From: Squalus acanthias
Taxonomy: Eukaryota
Direction of reading: 5' to 3'
Assembly (NCBI GenBank): GCA_030390025.1
Contig: CM059431.1
Span: forward strand, 134,170,001-134,234,000
Length of the DNA stretch: 64,000 nucleotides
Of this stretch, positions 13,482 to 26,751 are shown piece by piece (the stretch's first letter is position 1; each line of letters begins with the position of its first letter). Below the pieces are notes generated by a model that worked only from the letters and a program-made list of their open reading frames with translations, was not told the origin of the DNA and did not search any database. The position numbers and the translations under genes were made by a program.

Positions 13482-15670
13482 CTGCAAAAAAAGAGAAATA
13501 AAGAAATATCTACATCCAGCAATAAACAGATTAAAGATATAGTGAATTTCTTTCCTCATTAGGGAGCAGCAATTTTTATTCAAGTAAACTGATATTCATA
13601 GTTATTTAAAAAAAACAAATATTGTATGTTATATAAATCATTTAACAGCAAAACACAACAAAAAGATTGAAGGAATAATTATAGAAAAGTCATATTCAAA
13701 GACTAATTAGCAAATATGTAGAATACATTGTTGACAAAGTGTGCCCTCTTGTGGCTTCTAGGTGATTATTAGAGGGTAAAAAAGTGCAACAAACTAGCAG
13801 ATCTCCTGTGGTCAGACTGCAGAACATCATTGATAGAATTTTGAAAGAAGTTTGTGGGTATATCCTCATAGATAGTGCAGTATTTCTCTGATTGGTTCTT
13901 GGGATAGATAAATAAATAAATAGAATTGTATTTTCATTACCCGCTGCTGGTAGATTAATAAATGTCAACATTCAAGATTAGATTGGATAGGTGGACGAAG
14001 GAAAAATGGATAAACAGATATGGGAACAGGGTGAATTATGTAATTAGCTGACATGGAGGATAAATCCTGATACAGACTAGTTGGGTTAAATGGCATGTTT
14101 CTGTGTTGTAACTTCTATGTATTTCTGTGTATGGATACTACTGGGAAAAGCATGTTTAAGGCTGTTTTAACTGGTCAGCTTAGCATGCATGGGTGCTCAG
14201 CATGGGAACAGTCCTGGGGGGGGGAATTTCTTAAGAGGAATTTCTCAGCAGTGACTTGGAAAGCCTGCAATATTTATAATACAGCTGAGCATTATTTTTA
14301 TCTAAATAACTAGTCAATATCCTGTGATATTGCGCATAGAGTGTCAAGATCAAGTGTAGTCCTCAGGTGAAGTGGGGTCAGAGGCTGGAGGATAATTGAA
14401 CAGGGCGCGCAGAAGTAATTCAGTCACCATTTTAAAAATCATACATCTGTCCTTATTTCCATTATAAAGTCCTGTGTCCTCAATTATAATGGAAACTGCC
14501 CATGTAAATATGGCACGCTGTAATTGCATGTGCCTCCACTGACAGGAGGTTATAATTACATTGTGATAAGTATACAGATGAAGGCTCCATTATAAATGCA
14601 GACATAGGAATTTATAATTTATAAATTGAGAAGAATCTTCCACACAGATGGAAGATTTGTAATATATTAAATATATAAATAGAAAGAACCAACAAGTCTA
14701 TATAATGTAACTACAGCAAAACATCCCAAAGCACTTCACAGAGGTGTAAGAAAAAGCTTGGTTTTAAGGAGAACAATGAATTTGGAAGGAAAAGTAAACT
14801 AGGATAGAGCTTCAGCTGTGCCTGATTGCATAGCTTACTTACTGTCAGTTTGGAAGCTGTGCATATTGTGTAGCTGCTTGTGTCTTTACCATAAGGGAAG
14901 TTGGAATCAGATTGGGAGTTCTTGTGTGGAAAAATATTTCTTTTGGGGGGGGGGGGCGGAGAATGTTTTGCTTTGTTTGTGAGGTTCCAATGCTAGACAG
15001 TAGAGGTGTACTTCAACCTCAGTTTCAAATTCATTTTTTGAAATATACATGGAGATCAGTAAGTAGGCCCACTTTGGGCCAAGGCGGTTCCTAGACGACT
15101 TGGCTGGTGATGGAAGTTCGGAACCAAGTCAGTCCTCCATGGCAGACTTGGTAGTCTGATACCTGAACCAGACAGGCACTGTTGATGATTGACCAGTCAG
15201 CCTGGCTCACTAGTAGAACTTGGAGGGGCAGACTTGTCACTGGAGCCTGAAATCATTCTCACTCAGCTCCAGATAACCCTCCAGTCAATTCTGTACTGAT
15301 GAGCTATGCAGTTTTAGAAGGTTAAACTTCAGCAGGACACCCGCACACGCTTGGAGGTACCTAAGTCTTGGTTCTGCCAACCTGCATCGGAACTCTTTGG
15401 ACTTGGGTAACTGGGGTGTATCTCTAATGAAGAGAGTGAGTTTTTGGATTCAATAGCCCACAATAACCACCTGGTTAAACATACAGTACATGTCTTACAC
15501 AGGAATAGATTGTTGTGATAAACAAATACCAAATTGGAAATCAACCAGTACTGTACATTAATATGCTAAATAATAAAAGATATACTCACACATTTGTTTT
15601 ACTCTAACAATTGGTCTTCTGTAGAACAAGATCAAGATAACCAAAAGAAATCAGCGTACTATATTGGAAC

Positions 15671-15824
15671 ATGATGCGGAGATGCCGGTGTTGGACTGGG
15701 GTGGACAAAAATGAGAAGTCGCACAACACCAGGTTATAGTCCAACAGTTTTATTTGAATTCAATTGAATTTGAATTGAATTCAAATAAAACTGTTGGACT
15801 ATAACCTGGTGTTGTGCGACTTCT
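15671..15824. mobile_element. Penelope-like inverted pLTR insertion (short copy)
   Basis: Perfect 52-bp arms 15714-15765 and 15773-15824, plus an unpaired 43-bp tail; 11-bp TSD tatattggaac; same family as 31573-31956. Confidence 0.8.
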
Positions 15825-17029
15825 TATATTGGAACATAGCAGGCCATTCAGCCCCTCAAGCCTGTTTCACCATTCAATGAGATCATGGCTGCTCTGTCTC
15901 CTAACTCCATCCACTCACCTTGGCTCCATATCCCTCAATACCCTTGGCTAGCAAAAATCTATCGATCTCAGATTTTAAATTATTAATTGAGCTAGCATCC
16001 ACTGGATTTTATGGGAGAAAGTGCCACACTTCTATCACCCTTTGTGCGAAGAAGTGTTTCCTAACTGCTTAATGGCCTGGCTCTCTGATTTTAAGGTTAT
16101 GTCCCCCTGTCCTAGATTCGACACCAGCAGAAAAAGTTTCTCTCTATCTACTCTAGCAATTCCTCTCAAAATCTTAAAAACCTCAGTTAAATCACCTCTT
16201 AATCTTCTATATTCGAGGGAATACAAGCCTAGTTTATTTAATATCTCCTAATAATTTCACCCTTGGAGCCCTGGTAACATTCTGGTGAATCTGCGCTGCA
16301 CTCCTTCCAAGGCCAATATATCCTTTCTAAGTTTCGGTGTGCAGACTCCAAATGTGGTCTAACCAGGACTTTGTATAGCTGTAGCAAAACTTCCTCCCCT
16401 TTATATTCTAGCCCGTTAGATATAAAGGCAAACATTCCTTTAGCCTTTTTGATTATTTTTTGTACCTGACCACTACATTTTAGTGATCCGTATACATGGA
16501 CCGCTAATTTCTTTGGCCATCTACTATTCCTAGTTTTTCACCAACGAAAAAATACTCGGATCTATTCTTTTTTGGTTCAAAATGGATGACCTCACACTTA
16601 CCTGTGTTGCAATCTATCTGCCACAGTTTTGCCCACTCACTTAATCTATCAATGTCTCTTTGTAATTTTATGCTCCCCACTGCACTACTTACTATGCCAC
16701 TAATCTTTGCGTCATCGGCAAACTTGGATATATGGCTCTCTATTGTGTTATCTAAGTCATTAATAAATATAGTGAATAGTTGAGGCCCCACTGCAGATCC
16801 TTGTGGGAGACCACTAGTCACTTTCTTCCAATTCGAGTGCATTCCCATTATCCCTGCACTCTGTCGCCTGCCACCTTAACCAATCCCCTAACCAGCTTTA
16901 ATTTTAGCTAACAGTCTCTTACATAGAACTTTATCGAATGCCTTCTAGAAGTCCATCTAAACTGCATCCACAGACATTCCCCTGTCTATCACTTTAGTTA
17001 CTTCCTCAAAAAAATCAATTAGGTTCATT

Positions 17030-18507
17030 TAATAATTCATTAGAAAAAGGTGCAGTGCCAGAGGACTGGCAAATAGCTAACGTAATATCTATATTTAAGA
17101 AGGGGGATAGAACATGTCCAGGAAATTATAGACCAGTCAGCTTAACATCAGTGGTAGGAAAAATAATGGAATCCCTACTAAAGGAGAAAATAGAACATCT
17201 AGAAACCAAAAACATAGTAATGAATAGTCAGCATGGATTTCAAAAGGGAAAGTCTTGCTTGACCAACCTCATTGAATTTTTTGAAGAGGTAACAGAGAGA
17301 GTAGACAATGGTAATGCAGTAGATTATCTAGATTTTCAAAAGGCCTTCGATAAGGTACCTCATAATAGACTGATGAAAAAGGTCAGAGAATGCAGAGTCG
17401 GGGGACAAGTAGCAGAATGGATAGCTAGCTGGCTTCAAGACAGAAAGCAGAGAGTAGGAGTAAAATGTAGCTATTCAGAGTGGCAGAAGGTGGGTAGTGG
17501 TGTTCCACAATGATCAGTGCTAGGACCACTGTTGTTCACAATTTATATTAACAATTTAGACTTTGGAATCAAAAACACAATTTCTAAATTTGTGGATGAC
17601 ACCAAATTGGGGGCGTAGTCAATACTAAGGAGGACTGCAACAAATTACAGGAGGACATTAATAAACTTGCAGAATAGGCATATAATTGGCAAATAAAGTT
17701 CAACACAGATAAATGTGAGGTATTACATTTTGGTAGGAACAATAGGGAGGTCATTTGTTACTTGGAGGGTGCGAGTCTAGGTGGGGTAGAGGAACAAAGG
17801 GATCTCGGAGTACAAATACACAAATCACTAAATGTTGCGACACAGGTTAGCAAGGCCATAAAAAAAGCAAACCAAGCACTAGGGTTTATTTCTCGAGGTA
17901 TAGAACTGAAAAGTAGGGAAGTTATGCTAAACCTGTATCGAACCTTGGTTAGACCACACTGCGTGCAGTTCTGGTCGCCATATTAAAGAAAGGATATAGA
18001 GGCACTGGAGAGGGTGCAGAGAAGATTTAGAAGGTTGATACCAGAAATGCGAGGGTATACATATCAGGAAAGGATGAACAAGCTGGGTCTCTTTTCTCTT
18101 GAAAAAAGTCTGAGGGGTGACCTAAAAGAGGTCTTTAAAATTATGAAAGGTTTTGATAGAGTGGATATAGAGAGAATGTTTCCACTTGTGGGCAAGAGCA
18201 TAACTAGAGGCCATCAATATAAGATAGTCACCAAGAAATCCAATACTGAATTCAGAAGAAACTTCTTTACCCAAAGAGTGGTGAGAATGTGAAACTCACT
18301 ACCACAGGGAGTGGTTGAAGCGAAAAGTATAGACGCATTTAAGGGGAGGCTAGACAAGCAGATGAGGGAGGAGGGAATAGAGAGTTATGCTGATAGATTT
18401 AGATGAGGAAAGACGGGAGGAGGCTCGAGTGGAGCATAAACGCCGGCATGGACTGGTTGGGCTGAATGGCCTGTTTCTGTGCTGTATATCCTATGTAATC
18501 CTATGTA
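17030..18507 (+). mobile_element. 5'-truncated CR1 LINE nested in CR1
   Basis: ORFs 17055-17513, 17762-17986 and 18014-18292 encode CR1 RT; tail (tcctatgtaa)n. Confidence 0.88.
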
Positions 18508-19599
18508 ATTAGACATGACCTTCCCATTACAAATCCATGTTGGCTCTCTCTAATCAGCTCAAATTTCACTGAGTGCTTAGTCAATCTGTCCTTAACTATA
18601 GGTTCCAATATCTTCCCCACAATTGATATCAGATTAACAGGTCTATAATTTCCTGGTTTCACTTTTCTTAAAAAATGGAGGTACATTTGCAATTTTCCAA
18701 TCTAAATGGATAATTCCTGAATCGAGAGAGCTTTGGAAGATTATGGCTAAAGCATCTGCAATTTCCTCACCTACTTCTTTTAAAGCCCTAATGTGGAAAC
18801 CATCAGGTCCTGGGGATTTGTCAGTCTTTATTGCCATTATTTTTTCTAGTACTGTTTTCGTGCTTACCTTAATTTTAGCAAGTTCCAGGCCTTGATTCAT
18901 TATTAGTTTCCTTGGAATGCTAGGTATATTATCTTAGTAACTGTTACGTTTTTCCCTTTCAAACTTAACATTGAATTTGATCATATTTTGATCACGGTTA
19001 GATAAATGTTCCCTTACTATTAGATTAGTAACTAAGTCTGGCTCATTACTAATTACTAAATCTAGTATGGCCTGCCCTCTTGCTGGTTCTAGAACATATT
19101 GGGGGAAAAATTCGGTTGGCTTGTACGTCCCGTTAGCGCCCTAAGAGGGCGCTAATGGGGCGCAAAGCAACTAGCGCCTGGGCGTTGCAATGTTTGCGCA
19201 ACTCACAAAATTGACTAGAGTTTTTGCGGCAGCGCAAAAGTTTACCGCTCCGATCTCCTGCGCTCGCAGATCGTGACGTCAATCGAGCGAGCAACGCCCC
19301 GAACCGCATATTGAGTGGCGCCCCCCTCCTTTCCACCTGGCACAAGCAACGACAGGGAGACTGGAACGTTTCCCAGTCAGTGAGGGGCTGGGGGGGCGCT
19401 ATTTAAAGGCAGCGTCTTCCTGGCTTTTTCGGTGGTAGACATTTTTGCACCACTCATTCTGACAGAGAGAGAGATTCTGAGAGAGAGATAGAGAGACTTC
19501 TGCATAGAGTCAACGCTGTGTGAAGTAGTTTTGGCTACTGAGCATCACTTTGCAGGTACTTTTGGATTTGACCTTCATTACTTCGATTGCCAAGAGACT

Positions 19600-20634
19600 T
19601 TGGGGGCTGCACTGATTCGGGGCGTTGTCCTGCGCCTGCAGAATCGGAGGGAACAGGGACGCAGAGAGAGAATGGCAATCATGGCCAGACAGAGGTGGGC
19701 CAACAGGCCTCTGCACAGGAGACCTTACCCTCCCAGGGTATTCCGGGAACAATTCTCCTACTTTCATTTGTCTGAGGAGCAGTGTTTGCGCAGGCTGCGC
19801 TTCAGCAAGGAGGTGGTCACTGAGCTCTGCCACCTGCTGCAGCCAGATCTGCAGCCTCTACTGAGGACTCTGTTGGTGGCTGTGAAGGTCACAGTGGCTC
19901 TGAACTTTTATGCCACCGGCTCCTTTCAAGCAGCTACTGGGGACATCGCCAATATCTCCCAGTTCGCGGTCCATTGCTGTATCCGTCAGGTCACAAATGC
20001 CCTCTATAAAAGGAGACGCCAGTACATCTCTTTCCCGATGACCCGGGCCAAACAGCATGAACGCGCATTGGGCTTTGCGAGGATAGCGGGCTTCCCCATG
20101 GTGCAGGGCGCCATTGACTGCACGCGTGTGGCATTGCGGGCACCGCATGAGAATGCAGAGGTTTTCCGAAACCGCAAGGGGTTCCACTCCTTAAACGTCC
20201 AGTTGGTCTGTGACCACAGACAGCTGATACTCGCTGTCAATGCCCGCTATCCTGGCAGCAGCCACGATGCTTTCATCCTGCGCCAGACTGCTGTGCCAGA
20301 ACTTTTCCAGGCACCGCATCAGCCAAGTGGTTGGCTCCTCGGGGACAAGGGTTACCATCCACTGTGCACCTGGCTGATGACACCGCTCCATAACCCCAAC
20401 ACCCCTGCTGAGCTGCGGTACAATGAGAGCCATCTTGCCACCAGAAACATCATTGAGCAGACGATCGGCGTGCTCAAGCAACGGTTCCACTGTCTGGACC
20501 ACTCAGGAGGAGCTCTGCAGTACTCACCTGAGCAAGTCTCCCTCTTCATAGTTGTGTGCTGCATGCTTCATAACCTGGCAATCCTCAGGACCCAGCCAAT
20601 GCCACCAGGCCTTGGAGCACCACCGGAGGAGGAG

Positions 20635-20666
<32 letters not shown>

Positions 20667-20841
20667 TCAGCAGCAGCACCAAGGTGGGAGGGAGACCCAC
20701 AATGTTGCAACTGCAAGGGCCGTCCGTCAACGGCTGATAACAAGCCGCTTCTCGGCCCCTACTGAGGAAATGGCTTCTGGCATGGAGAACAACATGAATG
20801 AAAGCAACCCACAACCCCAAAGCCGGCCAAGGCAGCAATGA
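19600..20841 (+). CDS. Harbinger (HARBI1-like) DDE transposase; frame open, probable start ATG now TTG
   Basis: GAIDCTRV, NRKGFHSLNVQLVCD, YPGSSHDAF, LLGDKGY, RNIIEQTIGVLKQRF and CCMLHN motifs with an acidic tail. The MITE at 30023-30887 has ATGGGGGCT at the homologous position. Confidence 0.85.
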
Positions 20842-21060
20842 TTCCAAAGGCCAAACCTGTACATTTTGAATACAAAAACTTTTTTATTTTACACTCTGTG
20901 TGTGTCATTTCTTTATGACAAATTAATAGAAACAAACACAAAAAATAATTCATTAACATTACTGGTTCTCACAACCTGGAGATAATGTCCAAAGCACTAA
21001 ACAAAAGTTTGAACACGAACCTCGGCCTTTAATAAAAAATTTAACATTTCGTCACACCTC

Positions 21061-22849
21061 CTACTTTTTGCCCTTCGAGGGTGATCGCCTTCCCTTACGC
21101 ACTTCCCCCCTTCCCATCCTATTGCTTCTCCATAATGGAGCCCCAGTGGCTGCAGCAAGGCTGTTGGAAGGCTGCTCACTGTCAGAACCTGAGACTACAG
21201 ATGCCCTTGAAGGACGGCCTTGACCAGCTCTGGGCCTGGAGGGCCCGGCTGCAGACTGCACCAACTATGCATGGGCGGTAGCAGTCTGGGCTACAGGCGG
21301 TGGCAAGTGCAATGGGGAAGTGACAGTGGTGGCAGCAGGAATGCTGTCATCTTGAGAGAGGACAGCAACTCCCTGCTCAACCGACACACTGGCACTCCCA
21401 CGGGGCAGCACCTCAGCATCCGGAGCAATCTGCTGCAGCACAGATTGCTGGTCTGCTGCGGCGCGGAGAGCGCCCCGGGGAAATGTGTCCGAACCAGCGA
21501 CAATGGCAGCAGTCAGTGCTTGCGTGACCACAATCTGAGTCTGCATGAGACCAGTCTGAGATTGGATCACGGCAGCCAGTGACTGAATTGCAGCACTAAG
21601 CATTAGCGTGGCATCCACCTGTGCTACAGCAAAGTGCTCCACACTCCTTGCCAGTGCATCAATGCATTCGGGCACCCTTCCCACTGCACCCATGAGCTCA
21701 GTGTGCATGTCCACCGCCTGGGTGTTCATTTCAGTGCAGCAGGACTTGCTGGCCTACTCTCCCTCCGGGGAAAAGGCCCCCGAGCTTACCTCGCCACATC
21801 GCGTTGCTGCAGCCCGCTGGGTCCCGGAGCTTCACCCTCATCAGACCCTTTCCCCCTGCTCCCCTCCAGGGAAGATGTGGTGCCAGTGTGGGCATGGGCT
21901 TCCTCGGGAGAGGGTGGCGCTGAAGCTCCGGCTTCCTCTTCCTCCTCGCCTGCGGCTTCACTCCCATTGGCAGCTTCAGGGCCCGTCTCCTCAGCTGGTG
22001 AATCACCATCTGAAAGCAGGGAGGTACAAGAGTGGCTTTAGCGTGAGGACAGGGGGGCAGTAATGGAGGAATGAGTGGAGCGATTTAGTAAGTTGGATTG
22101 AAAGTGTAAAAGGCTGGTGTTGTGAGGGACAAGTGGAATGAGAGAGGAGAGAAAGCTGATGACCTTACCATTGCTGTCCCGAACAGGGTCGGCCTCTCCA
22201 GCGGCGACGGAACCGATCACCTGGCTTGCCACAATCCTGTGGACGCGCGCCTCAAGATCGCTGAGGGGTTGCAGCTGAGGCCGCCCTCCACCTGTCCATT
22301 GCTGCTGTCTCCTATTATGAGACAGCTTGGCCTGCAAGAAAAAGGACGGCGTCTGAATAAATATACAGCCATGGTCTTGCCAGATGTGCCTCCCATAATT
22401 GAATAGCCCTTAATGTATGCAGCCATGTGCTTGCCTGATGTGCCTCCCATAGTTGAATAGCCCTTACTGTATGCAAGGTGTGGAATGTGCGTGTGCGTTT
22501 CATGAGAGGGCCATAGGTGTTGGATGAGTGTTGGGCATTGGGGTTTTAAGACCCGCTGGCCATAGAGTGAGGTTGAGATGGAGGGATGGAGAGATATTGA
22601 AAAAAAGCCACTCACACTGACGACCCGAGTGAGGTCGTTGAACTTTTTGCGACATTGAGTATGGGTCCGGGGCACCATGCTCCTGGAGGAGACGTGCTGA
22701 GCCACCTCCCTCCACACTCTTCTGTAGTCGCGCGGCAAAGGCCTCCTGCCATTCTCAGGGAAGAGTATAGATCTGTGCTCCACCACGCCAACCAGAGCCT
22801 CCAAGGCCCGCTCGCTGAAGCGCTGAGCTCGTTCTCTCACCCTCTCCAT
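21061..22849 (-). pseudogene. Spliced Myb/SANT-like DNA-binding partner gene of the Harbinger; exon 3 disrupted
   Basis: Exon 1 22849-22616 (RFSERALEALV..W.EVA..V..R...QCRKKFNDL, gtgagt donor); exon 2 22331-22169 (TGGG motif, gtaagg donor); exon 3 from 22009 with TAA at 21786-21788 and a frame change before the 21729-21265 ORF. Confidence 0.8.
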
Positions 22850-24166
22850 AGTCCTTGGCTGGAAAATGTAATCACAGGTCTCTCCCGGTCGAGATTCAAG
22901 GCTCCAATGAGCAGTGTGCGGCTGGAGAGCAAGATCGACTCTCCCCTTTAAGAACTGGCCAGCGCCAGTGTGTCTGTGTTCCATCGCTAACTGACAGCAC
23001 CTGCGCTGCGCCCGCGCTCTGAGTTAGGGCCTCGCTCCTCGGCCTTTGCGCCTTCAGACAGGTGTGCAGTGCCTAATTTAGCGCTCCAATCAGCTCCAGG
23101 GGCGATAGAAGCCAAGTTTGCAGTCGGAGGCGATAATTAGTGCTAGGCGCTAAACTTTGCGCCCGGCCGATAATTGCGCCCCAAGCGGGGCGATACCGAA
23201 TTTCTCCCCATTGTACCAGAAAACTATTTTGAATGCACTCAAGAAATTCACTACTTTTCTGACTTTAGCTACTCTGTTCTTCCCAATCTATATGAAAATT
23301 AAAGTCTTTCATTAAAACAACTCTGCTTTTGCTATAAGCCTCTCTAATCTATGAATTAATACATTCTGCCACTTCATTGTTGCTATCAGGAGGCCTGTAG
23401 ACAACTCCCATTATAGTTTTAAGTCCTCTCTTATTCCTCAATTCTAACCATAGAGTCTCTGTTGATTGCTTTCCTATGTTGCAGTATCATGGACAGGTGT
23501 GGCTTGAATGACAAGTCAAATAATTGGTTGAATTTGAATTCAATTAACTGGTACAACTTTATGCACTACCTTCTTCTACAGACACCATTTTGCAGAATAA
23601 ATTCATTTGCTTAGGTAAGCACTTTTAACTAAGTGCTGAGCAAAAAAAGTCAAGATCACTTCATAGAAAAAAGAAAAATCTGTTTTCAAGAATCACATAG
23701 TGAATTAACAATTTCCAAATCAGGGATTCCCACATATCATTCAAAATGTATGCCACTGTCACATATATCCTACCAGGTTACACTAATAATATTTCCCTGA
23801 TGATATCAAATATCCATCATTTAATGGATACAAGTTCTGGAAAGTTTAAACCACGATATTCTCTTCTCTCTCTCTGTCTCTGTCTCCCCAAACACACACA
23901 CACAAACAGGAAAAATATTTTTAAACATTGATTTCTCATTTCTCTAGGGATGGGCAATAAATGCTGGCCTTGCCAGCGACGCCCAGATCCCATAAGCGAA
24001 TACAAAAAATATATTTTTTGTTTTAAAACAGCAGTTGCCCAATGATTCAAAATAAATTGTCTATGAAATGTGGTTATCCATTCATAATGAACAACTATGT
24101 CAGAAAGATTGCTCGGAGCAACAATGCAATCAGGATTAGGAAGGTCATTTTATTTCCATAACTACC

Positions 24167-24459
24167 ATGTTCAAGAATTTCGGAGGGGAGTTTAAAGATA
24201 TGGGAAAAGTGGGGAATGAATTTCAAGGGTATAGGAGGACTAGCAAAAGAAAAAGGTGGCAGGTTGTGGTATTTATGAGCAGTGGGAGGGAAATGAGGGG
24301 AAACAGTGGTGGTGGGCGGGGGTTATACTTTGTAGGGGTGGGGCCAAGATGTGGAAGTCGGGTACTGGGATTTAGGAGTAGTGGAGGTGGGAGCACTGAC
24401 AACCTGGGGTCTGTGACACTGGGAAGTGCATGTGATGGGTGTGTGAACATTGGGAAGGA
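24167..24459 (+). repeat. About 290-bp near-identical direct duplicate of 26040-26331
   Basis: Both start atgttcaagaatttcggagggg and end gtgaacattgggaagga; their ORF translations are nearly identical. Confidence 0.9.
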
Positions 24460-25123
24460 TTATTCAGCTCTTACCCTTGCTACTTAAATAGACACTTACA
24501 TGATGATTGGAAATTATTTTAATTATACTAGAAGATCTCCTATGGTCTTGCTAAAGACAAGTTGGAGGGAACACTGTTTGTAACATACAATGTAACATAC
24601 AATAATTATTGGGGCCACTGATTTAGTGATTGAATAAATAAAATTGCATTTTTATAATGGAGTATAAATAATGGAGGCTCAAATCCATCACTGTGTGCAT
24701 ATTTGCATGCAATGTGCTGTATGATAAAGAAAAAAAGATTAAAAATGGGATATTGGAGAATGCATCACTGCACATGTATATTCTAGGTTATGGTGAGAAT
24801 AAAAGGAATGTTGATTAAAAATAAAGAATGAAGGTAAAATGATAGATATAGAAATGAAATTAACTTGTTTGAAAAAGGTAAAGTTATATATTGAAAAGCT
24901 TTTACAAAATTACATAATTTTATGAATGATGGGAATGGAAGTTAAAATGGAAATGTTATAATCGATGAATATATTACAAATCTTACATCTGCATGTACCT
25001 CCTGTCACATTTTTCAATTGTAAGTCCCTATAATCACATTTATAATGGAAATTGCCGATATAGAGTTGCCACGCAGTAGTTACACATTCCTGCCAATAGA
25101 GATGCTGCAGTGCCAACACTGTT

Positions 25124-25296
25124 AAGAAAGAAAGATTTGCATTTATATAGCACCTTTCACAACCACCGGACGTCTCAAAGCACTTTACAGTCAATGAAGT
25201 ACTTTTTTGAAGTGGAGTCGCTGTTGCAATGTGGGAAACGCGGCAGCCAATTTGCGCACAGCAAGGTCCCACAAACAGCAATGTGATAATGACCAG
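25124..25296 (-). mobile_element. 3' fragment of a SINE with L2-type tail (SacSINE1/DeuSINE-like)
   Basis: (aaga)n-ttgcatttatatagcacctt tail shared with the L2 copies here, followed by a different body (gcggcagccaatttgcgcacagcaag). Family name is from memory. Confidence 0.55.
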
Positions 25297-26751
25297 CACA
25301 TAAATATAGTATGACAAATTTACAAAGGTACTTTCATTCATAAATATGGACATAGGAATTTGTAATGGAAATATAAATATATGGACAAAATGCAAGAGTT
25401 CAAAATAGCAATTGAATTTCACTTGACAACTACATTTGTTCACTGGAAACGCATGTGTGTGTATATATGTGCTTGTGTATATCTACACTGATATAATGTT
25501 TGTAAAAATATTTTATATAGTGTGTGTATTCAATATAATTTGGGTGGAGTATTTTGTATATATAGACATTATAAAAATATAGAATTTTATGTTTTCACTA
25601 GGGTCAGTTTGTGTGCAGGGAGGATGGAAAGTTGTGTTTATGTCAGTGAGTGTCTGACAGTGCATGTGTCATTAGACAAATGTTGGGGCATAGTGTTCAA
25701 GCGGAAGATTTGTTTTCAAAAATAATAGTCCTGTTGGATTTTGTTATGTGAGTGGATGTATGGTAGACAGAGGGAGAACATTAGAGAGTTTGGGTTGAGT
25801 GCTGGGAAAGTATAAAATGGAGGAGGAAATATGAAGAGATGCAAAGAGGGGGTAAAGTGGAAGCTTGGGTTAAGAGTTTGGTGGTGAGTGATGTGTGGAA
25901 AAGGGACTGGTAGAATGAAGTGCGAGGGCGGAGGAGAGAATTAGAATGATAAAAGAGAAAATGACAAGCAATATATATGGAAATATTTATGTACTGGCGA
26001 GGGTTGTCTTAGGGTTTGGGAGTACTAGGGACTTTCTGGATGTTCAAGAATTTCGGAGGGGAGTTTAAAGATATGGGAAAAGTGGGGAATGAGTTTCAAG
26101 GGTATAGGAGGACTAGCAAAAGAAAAAGGTGGCAGGTTGTGGTATTTATGAGCAGTGGGAGGGAAATGAGGGGAAACAGTGGTGGTGGGCGGGGGTTATA
26201 CTTTGTAGGGGTGGGGCCAAGATGTGGGAGTGGGGTACTGGGATTTAGGAGTAGTGGAGGTGGTAGCACTGACAACCTGGGGTGTGTGACACTGGGAAGT
26301 GCATGTGATGGGTGTGTGAACATTGGGAAGGAGCTCTTCAGGGTATAGGAGAAGTTAAGGAGCAGTTCTGGCAAGACAGGTGTGGAAAATGACTCAACAT
26401 TGGCTCCGAACCCCATGAAGCCGCATGGCATCAGGTCAAACATGGGCAAGGAATCCTCCTGCTGATTACCACCTATCGCCCTCAATCAGCTGATGCATCA
26501 GTACTCCTCCAGGTTGAACACCACTTCGAAGTATCACTGAGGGTAGCAAGGGCACAGAACCTACTCTGGGTGGGGGACTTCAATGTCCATCACCAAGACT
26601 GACTCGGTAGCACCACTACTGACCAAGCTGGCAGAGTCCTGAAGGACATAGCTGCCAGACTGGGCCTGCGGCAGGTGGTGAGAGGACCAACGCAAGGGAA
26701 AAACCTACTTGAACTCGTTCTCACTAATCTACCTGTCGCAGATGCACTTCT

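Larger units (their letters stand above)
19101..23209 (+). mobile_element. Near-complete PIF/Harbinger DNA transposon (4.1 kb) with convergent transposase and Myb/SANT-like genes
   Basis: TIRs GGGGGAAAAATTCGGT / rc GGGGAGAAATTCGGT; TSD ATT (19098-19100, 23210-23212); two convergent ORFs typical of the superfamily. Confidence 0.93.
15832..23480 (-). mobile_element. Degenerate CR1 LINE hosting a second CR1 and the Harbinger transposon
   Basis: Minus-strand RT motifs (GLPQGSAVGP, KFADD, NYRPVNL, KSPGPDG). Host sequence is continuous across both insertions (aggttc|attagac; agaacatatt|gtaccag). Confidence 0.8.

Noticed and set aside
19531..20841. Host HARBI1 gene
   Set aside because: The ORF lies between TIRs with a TSD, inside a CR1 and opposite a Myb partner, so it is a transposon copy rather than the domesticated gene.
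24910..25443. 177-aa minus-strand ORF
   Set aside because: It spans a SINE fragment and AT-rich flanks and has no domain features.
24167..26331. The 290-bp direct repeats as LTRs
   Set aside because: No CA end, PBS, PPT, TSD or retroelement coding sequence between them.
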